NCBI GenBank assembly: GCA_016200135.1
Contig: JACQFI010000070.1
Span: 8,356 to 72,355, forward strand
DNA from: Planctomycetota bacterium
Lineage (GTDB): Bacteria > Planctomycetota > SZUA-567 > H5-PLA8
Length of the DNA: 64,000 nucleotides
Direction: 5' to 3'
This document shows positions 21,083 to 28,513 of the stretch, one piece after another; positions within the stretch are counted from its first letter, which is position 1, and the number at the start of each line of letters is the position of its first letter. The position numbers and the translations under genes were made by a program. The notes beneath the pieces are model-generated. The model made no database searches, was not told the origin of the DNA, and saw only the letters and a program-made list of their open reading frames with translations.

Positions 21083-23020
21083 TTACTTCTCGTCCACGCG
21101 CTTGGGTTCGACGTCGATGACTTCGCCTTCGGCGTCCTTGGTGGTCTTGCTGGGGCGCGGGCCGCTGCTGGCGCTGCCGTCGGGGGCGCCGGTGGGGTTG
21201 TCCTTGGTGGCGCCGGCGGAGGCGGCGTAGACTTCCTCGGCGAGCTTGTGGCTGGCGCGTTCGAGGGCTTCCACGGCCTTGTCGAGCGCGGCCTTGTCGT
21301 CGCCTTCCTTCTGGAGCAGTTCGCGGACTTCCTTGATCGCGGCCTCGGCCTTTTCGCGCGCGCCGGACGAGACCTTGGTCTCGTTGTCCTTGACGAACTT
21401 CTCGGTCTGGTAGGCGAGGTGGTCGGCCTTGTTGCGCGCCTCGATGTATTCGCCGCGCGCCTTGTCCTCGCTCTCGTGCGTGCCCGCTTCCTTGACCATC
21501 CGTTCGACTTCGTCCTTGCTCAGGCCGGAGCTGGCCTTGATCTCGATCTTCTGTTCCTTGCCCGTGCCCTTGTCCTTGGCGTTCACGTTGAGGATGCCGT
21601 CGGCGTCGATGTCGAAGGTGACTTCGATCTGTGGCACGCCGCGCGGCGCGGGCGGAAGGCCGGTGAGCTGGAAGCGGCCGAGGGTGCGGTTGTCGCGGGC
21701 CATGCGCCGTTCGCCCTGGAGCACGTGGATATCGACGGCGGGCTGGTTGTCCGCGGCGGTGCTGAAGGTCTCGGCCTTGCGCGTCGGGATCGTGGTGTTG
21801 CGCGGGATGAGCGGTGTCATCACGCCGCCGAGGGTCTCGACGCCCAGCGAGAGCGGCGTGACGTCGAGCAGCACGATATTCTTCATCTCGCCCGCGAGCA
21901 CGGCGGCCTGGATGGCCGCGCCGACCGCGACGACTTCGTCGGGGTTAACGCCCTTATGGGGCTCCTTGCCGTTGAAGATGCTCTTGCAGATATCCTGCGC
22001 CTTGGGCATGCGCGTCGAGCCGCCGACGAGCACGACTTCGTCGATCTCGCTGGGCGAGGCGCCGGCATCCTTGAGGGCCTGGAGCACGGGGGACTTGAGG
22101 CGTTCGAAGAGCACGTCGCAGAGGGACTCGAACTTGGCGCGCGTGATCTTCTGCGTCAGGTGCTTGGGGCCGCTGGCGTCGGCGGTGATGTAGGGCAGGT
22201 TGAGCGTGGTTTCGGGGAGCGTCGAGAGGTCGCACTTGGCCTTCTCGCAGGCTTCCGTGAGGCGCTGCAGGGCCATGGGGTCCTTGCGCAGGTCGAGGCC
22301 GTACTGCTTCTTGAACTCGTCGGCCACGAAGTCCACGAGGACGCGGTCCCAGTCGTCGCCGCCGAGGTGCGTGTCACCGTTGGTGGCGAGGACCTGGAAG
22401 ACGCCGTCGCCGACGTCGAGGATCGAGATGTCGAAGGTGCCGCCGCCCAAGTCGAAGATGGCGATTTTTTCGTTCTTCATCTTGTCGAGGCCGTAGGCGA
22501 GCGCGGCCGCGGTGGGTTCGTTGAGGATGCGCTTCACTTCCAGGCCCGCGATCTTGCCGGCTTCCTTGGTGGCCTGGCGCTGGCTGTCGTTGAAGTACGC
22601 GGGGACCGTGATGACGGCCTCGGTGACTTTCTCGCCGAGATACGCTTCGGCGGACTTTTTCAGGTCCTGCAGGACCATCGCGCTGATCTCGGGCGGGTGG
22701 TAACGCTTGCCGTCGATATCGACGACGACGAGTTCGTCCGGACCGCCGACAACCTTGTACGGGACGAGCTTCTCTTCCGAGTCGACTTCCTTGTGACGCC
22801 GGCCCATGAAGCGCTTGATCGAGTAGATCGTCCGCTTGGGATTCGTGACGGCCTGGCTCTTGGCCGGGCGGCCGACGAGGCGGCCATCGTCGGTGAAAGC
22901 GACCACGGAGGGCGTGAGGCGGCTGCCTTCCGCGTTGACGATCACCTTGGATTCCTTGCCCTCGTGGATCGCGACCACGCTGTTGGTCGTGCCGAGGTCG
23001 ATGCCTACGATCTTACTCAT
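21083..23020 (-). CDS. dnaK: Molecular chaperone DnaK (Hsp70)
   Basis: [26 protein letters not shown] and [13 protein letters not shown] signatures. The ORF extends to 23131, but Hsp70 homology begins at MSKIVG. Confidence 0.95.
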   Translation of the reverse strand: MSKIVGIDLGTTNSVVAIHEGKESKVIVNAEGSRLTPSVVAFTDDGRLVGRPAKSQAVTNPKRTIYSIKRFMGRRHKEVDSEEKLVPYKVVGGPDELVVVDIDGKRYHPPEISAMVLQDLKKSAEAYLGEKVTEAVITVPAYFNDSQRQATKEAGKIAGLEVKRILNEPTAAALAYGLDKMKNEKIAIFDLGGGTFDISILDVGDGVFQVLATNGDTHLGGDDWDRVLVDFVADEFKKQYGLDLRKDPMALQRLTEACEKAKCDLSTLPETTLNLPYITADASGPKHLTQKITRAKFESLCDVLFERLKSPVLQALKDAGASPSEIDEVVLVGGSTRMPKAQDICKSIFNGKEPHKGVNPDEVVAVGAAIQAAVLAGEMKNIVLLDVTPLSLGVETLGGVMTPLIPRNTTIPTRKAETFSTAADNQPAVDIHVLQGERRMARDNRTLGRFQLTGLPPAPRGVPQIEVTFDIDADGILNVNAKDKGTGKEQKIEIKASSGLSKDEVERMVKEAGTHESEDKARGEYIEARNKADHLAYQTEKFVKDNETKVSSGAREKAEAAIKEVRELLQKEGDDKAALDKAVEALERASHKLAEEVYAASAGATKDNPTGAPDGSASSGPRPSKTTKDAEGEVIDVEPKRVDEK

Positions 23021-23330
23021 CGGATGATCTCCCCTAAATGCGTTCGGCGGCTGGTGGTTGGAAGTCGTCCAGCCGCAACCTAAACACAGCAAGACAAAGG
23101 CCACGCCATGCGCAGGCGGCGATATACGCAAGATACTATTTGATAAAGGATTATGGGCTGAAACGAGGGTAAATGGGAAGGCCGAGGGCTGGCTTCCGGA
23201 ATGACGAATTGACTCGGGTTAGTCAAAGTGACGCATGACATTGCACGAAGTGAAGTCGAGTGCGATGCTTGGGAAAAGATTCTGGCTGAATTCCTTTCCA
23301 GTCGTGGCGGTTGAACGGCACTTATGAAAT

Positions 23331-26300
23331 GTGGATGCCACCCTGGCCATGAGCATGGTTGACGTAACGACTTCAGATGCGGAGTTGCTGAGCCGCTTCG
23401 TGAACGCGCGTTCGGAGGAGGCCTTCCGGGCGCTGGTGGAGCGGCACGCGCCGGCGGTTCACCGGACCTGCATGCGCCTGCTTTGGAGTAACGCAACCTT
23501 GGCCGACGACGCGGCGCAGGCCGTGTTCATCGTGTTGGCGCGAAAAGCGAAGGAGGTCCGGAACCCGCAGGCGCTGCCGGCGTGGCTCTTCCGGACCGCG
23601 ACGCTGGTGGCGGAGCAGGCGCGGCGTGCGGAGTCCACGCGGCGGCGGCGCGAAGGCGGAGGCGAGGCGATGAGTGTGAGCGAGGCTGCGGCGAAGCCCG
23701 CCGCCGAATTGAGCGAGGCCGACCGGGAAGAGCTTTACCGCGCGATTGGCGCTTTAAAGCCGGGCTACCAGGAAGCGGTGATCCTGCATTACCTGGACGG
23801 ACGGCCCCGGGACGACGTGGCACGCGCGCTGGGGTGTTCGCTGGAGGCGCTGCACAAAAGATTGTCGAGCGCGCTGGAGAGCCTGCACGGAACGTTGTCG
23901 CGGCGTGGCGTGGCGTTGAGCACGGCGGCGTTGGGTTCGGCGCTGGCGCAGGAAGCAGCGGGGCAGGCCGTGGCGCACAGTGGAACGGCGGCCGCATGGG
24001 CGGTTGCGGCGGGGAAGGGCGCGGCCGGAACGGCGGCCGGTGCCTGGGCGAAAGGGGCGCTGCAGGCCATGTATTGGACCAAGACGCGGCTGGCGACATA
24101 CCTCTTAAGTGGAGTGCTGCTGGCGTGCCTGGGGTCGGCCGCGTTCTTTGCGCGGGCCCAGGAGCAAGCAGCAATTCCGCGGCCGGTTCCGGAACCGGCG
24201 CCTGCTGCGCCGGTGAAAGGTCCGGACGCGCCCGCGGCCCCGCTGGAACCGTTGCGCGTGCTGGGCGCGTGCGCATTTCAGGCGGACAGCCAAGTGTATG
24301 CGCTTGCGCTCAGCCCGGATAACAAGCATCTGGCCGCGGGCATGGAAAACGGATGGGTGATCTGGGAATTGGAGACGGGGAAAGAGGTAGTCCATGCCGG
24401 GGAAGGAATGCGGGTTTGGAACGTATCCTACCTGGACCAAGGCAAGAAACTGCTGTTGAGGGTCAATCAGGAGGCGCTTGCGCTCGAGTCTTCGCCCGTA
24501 TTGCTGTTGTGGGATGTGGAAAAAAAGAAGAAGCTTCGCGAGTATTTCTATCCCAAGAGCGATGAGAAAACCCAAGGCGGCGTTTTCCAGACGGGCGGGC
24601 CGGTCTGGATAACGCCGGACGAGCGCATAGCCTTTGCCCAAGACGGCCGGAACTGCGGAAGCCTGATCGCATGGAACCTGGAGACCGGCGAGGTCGCGGA
24701 GCAACTGAGCGCCGTTGCCCGGCCGCCCAATGCCAACCAGTACGGCATTGATACCTTGGCCTTCAGCACCGACGGCCGGTGGATGGCATGCCGGGATGTG
24801 TGGCAGGGATCTCAAGGGGCGGATCTGAACGACTTGGCCGAGAAACAGGACGAGATCAAGTCGGTGCGCTTCGTATTTGTGGATCGCGAAAAGAAGGAGA
24901 AGCCGCGCGCGTGGCACCTGAAATTGAAATACCTCCGGTGCGCCGGAGAGATCACCTGGCTTCCCGGCGGCAAACAACTCCTGCTCGATTTAGTCTGGAA
25001 ACGCACGGATAATCCGGGGAACCAGGATGGTCCCTATACACTCTTGGTGGATACCGAGGACGGGAAAGTAGTCCGGGAGTTTCCGGGGAACGTCTCCGCG
25101 TCCGGCGACGGCCGGCGCTTCTACACGCTCAAAGAGCGGCGTCTCCTGAGCGGCCCAACGTTCGATGAGGCTCAGGACGCGGGCATTCTCACGCCGGATC
25201 TTTCCGACTACTCGTATACGATCCTTCGGATCAGCGGCGACGGGCGCTGGTGCGCGAAACTGCTCGGCGGACAATCGATCTTCCTCGCGGACCTTGAAAA
25301 GAAAACCCTCCGGGCGCCCCTGGGCCACCAGACGAGCCCGAATGGACTGGCTTACCTCGGAGATGGAACGCTGATCTCTTACGACGGCCTGGTCACGCGT
25401 ATCTACGACGACCGCACGGGCAAAGTCCTCAAGACCATGCGCGCCAGTTGGGGAGACTATTACGGATGCGGGCGCAGCGGCGACGGCAGGTGGTTCATCG
25501 CGAATGGCGCGGGTGAGACCGGCCAGGCCGAACTCTGGGATGCGGCGAACGGCGTGATGGTGGGCAAACTGGCCAAGCACGACTGCGCGTACGTGCAGAG
25601 GACCTCGGTATCCGGCAACGGCATGACTGGATACACGACAGGCGCTGAGGACGGCGCTTTGCGTTTTCACGATCTGGCGACTGGCCGTCCGCTTGGGATC
25701 ATAGTGAATCCCGCACACGAATTCTTCGGACGTAGGTCGTATATCGCAGGTTCGTGCTGGTCGGCAAAAGCCGAGCGCGTGTACCTGGCGGACGCCACGA
25801 CCGCATGGTTCCATGGCGATCTTGCGACGCCCACGCTGGAGACGGTACGGCCGATCGGGATGACGGGCGCGTTCGACCCGCGCACGGGGAAGTGCCTCTT
25901 CCGCTTCAAGGACGATCAAGACCGCGCGCTCCATCTGGGCCGCGACGTGGACCTGTGCGAGGCGCGCGGGCTGGCTTATCTGGCCACGGGCTTGAACCAG
26001 AACCCGGACAAGGACTGGAAGGCCGGACTTTTCAAGGCTGCGGACGGGTCGTTCGTGCGCTGGATCGATTTCCCTGGCCTCCCCGCGCGCTTCGCCGACG
26101 AAGGGCGCCTGCTGGTCGGCCCCGACGCCGTGGTGGATGCGGAGACCGGCAAGACGCTGCATACGTTTGAGGGCGGGACGCACCGTTTCCCGAGCCCCAG
26201 CGGGACGTACGTCGCGCGGCTGGATGCAACGCCGGTGGTGCGCCTTTTCGATATCCGCACTGGGTGCGAGGTTTGGCAGCGCGACATTGTCTGCAAGGAG

Positions 26301-26828
26301 ATAGGTGCATTGGAACTGGAGCGGCTGATCTGGCACCCGGGCGAGACGCAGGTGACGCTGCTGGCGAAAGGCAAGGCCGCGGCGTTCCAGGTGGACCTGT
26401 TCCCGGACGAGGATACGAAGGCCGCGGAACCCGCTACGGCGCAGACGTTGGCTGCCTGGACCGGCGCGCTCGGCAGTCAAGATCCCGCGGAGCGCGAGGC
26501 TGCGATTCGCGGGCTCGTGCAGGCCGGCGAGGCGGCGCACAAGAGCCTGAGCGAGATCGCCACAGGCGAGAAGCCTTCGCTTCAAAAGATGAAGCTCGCG
26601 CTTCTTGTATTTGAATGGCAGGCGCGCGAGGGCCTGGCGCCGGCGCGGTCGTACCTTGAAACGCTCGCGCGCAGACCTGCTGGAAATCTGGCCGGCGATT
26701 GCGCGCGCGATGCGCTGACGCGCCTGGTTGCCGGGGAGCGCGTCCGAACGCTACGACAGAAGAACGCGCAGGCGCTGCCTCTGACCTGGCCCGCGACCGT
26801 GAAAGAGGACACCAAGGACGATTTTTAA
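23331..26828 (+). CDS. ECF-type sigma-70 factor fused to a TM helix and a large WD40/beta-propeller extracytoplasmic domain (1165 aa)
   Basis: Sigma region 2 (DAELLSRFVNARSEEAFRALVERHAPAVHRTC). Region 4 HTH (GYQEAVILHYLDGRPRDDVARALGCSLEALHKRL). TM TRLATYLLSGVLLACLGSAAFFA. Then repeated G-D/W-x and S/T-x-DG propeller blades. Confidence 0.8.
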   Translation: MDATLAMSMVDVTTSDAELLSRFVNARSEEAFRALVERHAPAVHRTCMRLLWSNATLADDAAQAVFIVLARKAKEVRNPQALPAWLFRTATLVAEQARRAESTRRRREGGGEAMSVSEAAAKPAAELSEADREELYRAIGALKPGYQEAVILHYLDGRPRDDVARALGCSLEALHKRLSSALESLHGTLSRRGVALSTAALGSALAQEAAGQAVAHSGTAAAWAVAAGKGAAGTAAGAWAKGALQAMYWTKTRLATYLLSGVLLACLGSAAFFARAQEQAAIPRPVPEPAPAAPVKGPDAPAAPLEPLRVLGACAFQADSQVYALALSPDNKHLAAGMENGWVIWELETGKEVVHAGEGMRVWNVSYLDQGKKLLLRVNQEALALESSPVLLLWDVEKKKKLREYFYPKSDEKTQGGVFQTGGPVWITPDERIAFAQDGRNCGSLIAWNLETGEVAEQLSAVARPPNANQYGIDTLAFSTDGRWMACRDVWQGSQGADLNDLAEKQDEIKSVRFVFVDREKKEKPRAWHLKLKYLRCAGEITWLPGGKQLLLDLVWKRTDNPGNQDGPYTLLVDTEDGKVVREFPGNVSASGDGRRFYTLKERRLLSGPTFDEAQDAGILTPDLSDYSYTILRISGDGRWCAKLLGGQSIFLADLEKKTLRAPLGHQTSPNGLAYLGDGTLISYDGLVTRIYDDRTGKVLKTMRASWGDYYGCGRSGDGRWFIANGAGETGQAELWDAANGVMVGKLAKHDCAYVQRTSVSGNGMTGYTTGAEDGALRFHDLATGRPLGIIVNPAHEFFGRRSYIAGSCWSAKAERVYLADATTAWFHGDLATPTLETVRPIGMTGAFDPRTGKCLFRFKDDQDRALHLGRDVDLCEARGLAYLATGLNQNPDKDWKAGLFKAADGSFVRWIDFPGLPARFADEGRLLVGPDAVVDAETGKTLHTFEGGTHRFPSPSGTYVARLDATPVVRLFDIRTGCEVWQRDIVCKEIGALELERLIWHPGETQVTLLAKGKAAAFQVDLFPDEDTKAAEPATAQTLAAWTGALGSQDPAEREAAIRGLVQAGEAAHKSLSEIATGEKPSLQKMKLALLVFEWQAREGLAPARSYLETLARRPAGNLAGDCARDALTRLVAGERVRTLRQKNAQALPLTWPATVKEDTKDDF

Positions 26829-27110
26829 AGCGCGAGCGCTCACACGCCGCGCGCGGCTGGGTTCCAGATGTGTTTGTGAAGCTGCAATACGCCAGGCGAC
26901 TGTTTCGGGTTGATAGTGAAGCACGAGCAGATGTTTGGCCTCCACCGGGACGACGGCGTAAGCGCGACCCGCGTTGTCGCTGAATTCGACTTCAAAAAAG
27001 CCGCCGTCCAAGATTTCAACGATCGTACCGACCTGGCCCCGCGAGAGCTTGTGCTCGGGCAGGTCAACGGTCAATGCTACTTCTTTCAATAGACGGATCA
27101 TCTTCGTCAT
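26751..27110 (-). CDS. Small hypothetical protein. The roughly 70-aa N-terminal core resembles the DUF4926 small-protein family (uncertain assignment). It lies inside a 286-bp insertion flanked by duplicated queE 3' ends.
   Basis: MTKMIRLLKEVALTVDLPEHKLSRGQVGTIVEILDGGFFEVEFSDNAGRAYAVVPVEAKHLLVLHYQP. The C-terminal tail reads through the duplicated queE fragment in another frame, so the true stop is uncertain. Confidence 0.45.
   Translation of the reverse strand: MTKMIRLLKEVALTVDLPEHKLSRGQVGTIVEILDGGFFEVEFSDNAGRAYAVVPVEAKHLLVLHYQPETVAWRIAASQTHLEPSRARRVSARALKIVLGVLFHGRGPGQRQRLRVLLS
26839..26886. repeat. 48-bp degenerate copy (about 85% identity) of the 3' end of queE (27122..27169), immediately after the ECF-WD40 stop codon
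   Basis: ctcacacgccgcgcgcggctgggttccagatgtgtttgtgaagctgca versus ctcacactccccgcgcggccgggtcccagatgtgtttgtgcaactgga. Confidence 0.8.
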
Positions 27111-27122
27111 TTGGAGTTTCCC

Positions 27123-27788
27123 TCACACTCCCCGCGCGGCCGGGTCCCAGATGTGTTTGTGCAACTGGACCTGGAAGCGCACGGGCGGCGGGAGCTTGTC
27201 GGCGAGGACCCATTCGGCGAGCGTGCGGTAGTCGAGTTTGCCGAAGACGGGCGAGAGCAGAAGCGCCTTGGCGCGCTGGGCGAGACCGTGCTCCGCGATC
27301 TGCGCCTTGGCCCACTCGTAGTCCTCGCGGCTCGCGAGCACGAGCTTGAGTTCGTCCTTTTCCGGGCGCAGGTGTGCGAGGTTCGCCCAGCGGTTGCGCG
27401 CTTCTTCGCCGCTACCGGGGGCCTTTAGATCCATGATGATGTGGACGCGCGGGTCCACCGGCGCGAGGTCGTGGCTCCCGGCGGTCTCGAGCAGCACCGT
27501 CTTGCCGGCATCGCAGAGCTTCGCGAGCAGCGCGTAGCAATTCTTCTGCGCGAGCGGTTCGCCGCCGGTGACTTCGACGTGCGGACAGGCGTAGGCTTCG
27601 ACGCGCGCGAGGATCTCGGCGATGGCCGTCTGCTTGCCTTCGTAGAACGAGTACGTGGTGTCGCACCAGACGCAGCGCAGCGGGCAGCCGGTGAGGCGCA
27701 CGAAGACCATCGGCACGCCCGCCCAGGTGCTCTCGCCCTGGATGGAGTGGAAGATCTCGTTGAGGAGGATCGCGTCGTCGGCGCTCAT
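27123..27788 (-). CDS. queE: 7-carboxy-7-deazaguanine synthase QueE (radical SAM)
   Basis: IFHSIQGESTWAGVPMVFVRLTGCPLRCVWCDT (Cx14CxxC variant radical-SAM motif). About 221 aa. Typical QueE C-terminus. Confidence 0.9.
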   Translation of the reverse strand: MSADDAILLNEIFHSIQGESTWAGVPMVFVRLTGCPLRCVWCDTTYSFYEGKQTAIAEILARVEAYACPHVEVTGGEPLAQKNCYALLAKLCDAGKTVLLETAGSHDLAPVDPRVHIIMDLKAPGSGEEARNRWANLAHLRPEKDELKLVLASREDYEWAKAQIAEHGLAQRAKALLLSPVFGKLDYRTLAEWVLADKLPPPVRFQVQLHKHIWDPAARGV

Positions 27789-27800
27789 GACGGGGACAAT

Positions 27801-27840
27801 TTAACCGCCAAGGCGCCAAATGCGCCAAGAACTTCTCGTG
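27801..27840. repeat. 40-bp element ttaaccgccaaggcgccaaatgcgccaagaacttctcgtg built from GCGCCAAR heptads; direct-repeat partner of 30945..30984
   Basis: About 90% identical to the copy at 30945..30984. It sits 13 bp upstream of the queE start. Confidence 0.75.
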
Positions 27841-27860
27841 GTTGGAGGCGAGGCGGCGGT

Positions 27861-28463
27861 TTAGCGCAATCCCACGTCCGTGAGTTCGACCGTGCGGCCT
27901 TCGAGGTCGACGAGTTCGATCGACTGCTTCCGGATGTCCTTCACCTTCAGGTCCGAGTCCGGCAGCGGGTCGCCTTTGTAGACGCGCAGGGGCGTGCCGT
28001 CGGGCTTGCGGACCAGCGCGCAGGCGCGGGCGTCGTTAATGACGATGCCCATAAAGGAGAAGGCGGGCGGCGGCGCGGTGGGCTGTGGCCGAGGCTCTAC
28101 TTTGGGCGGAAGTTGGGGCGGTGGGTTGGGTGGGGGGACGCTGACGTCATGGCGCGGCGGATTGTCGGGCAGCACGATGGCCTTCGGCGGCATGAAGGGG
28201 GAGGCGCGCGACGCCACGCTCTGCCGCGACGGCGCGTCCGTTGACGCCTTTGCGTGCAGTGCGGGCGGGGCGACTCTGGGCAGCGGATCGTTTTCGGCAA
28301 GCCGGATTACCTGGTGTTGAACGAAGGTGAAGAGCGCCGCGAGCAGGACGGCCAGGGCGAGCAGGAAAACGGTCTTCTCCTTATTCATCGAAGCGGTGCG
28401 CATGAGCATTTCCTTGTACCGGGTCTCCATGGATTCTAAACCGTCCAAACGCCTGTCGGACAC
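27861..28463 (-). CDS. Membrane-anchored Pro-rich protein with a C-terminal beta-rich domain (hypothetical; GspC/PilP-like topology)
   Basis: TM VFLLALAVLLAALFTFV. Proline-rich linker PPPNPPPQLPPKVEPRPQPTAPPPA. The real start may be MNKEK at about 28388. Confidence 0.5.
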   Translation of the reverse strand: MSDRRLDGLESMETRYKEMLMRTASMNKEKTVFLLALAVLLAALFTFVQHQVIRLAENDPLPRVAPPALHAKASTDAPSRQSVASRASPFMPPKAIVLPDNPPRHDVSVPPPNPPPQLPPKVEPRPQPTAPPPAFSFMGIVINDARACALVRKPDGTPLRVYKGDPLPDSDLKVKDIRKQSIELVDLEGRTVELTDVGLR

Positions 28464-28513
28464 CGGGATTCCGGCTAAGATGGGCGGGCATTCACGGCGT
28501 CTAAGCGGAGTAC

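Noticed and set aside
23209-23226. CIRCE or HAIR heat-shock operator upstream of dnaK
   Set aside because: The sequence TTGACT-N6-AGTCAA matches neither CIRCE (TTAGCACTC-N9-GAGTGCTAA) nor HAIR (CTTGAGT-N7-ACTCAAG). It is kept only as an unclassified palindrome.
26840-27067. 75-aa ORF ending ...LQLHKHIWNPAARGV
   Set aside because: It is the ghost of the duplicated queE C-terminus in an alternative frame, not an independent gene.
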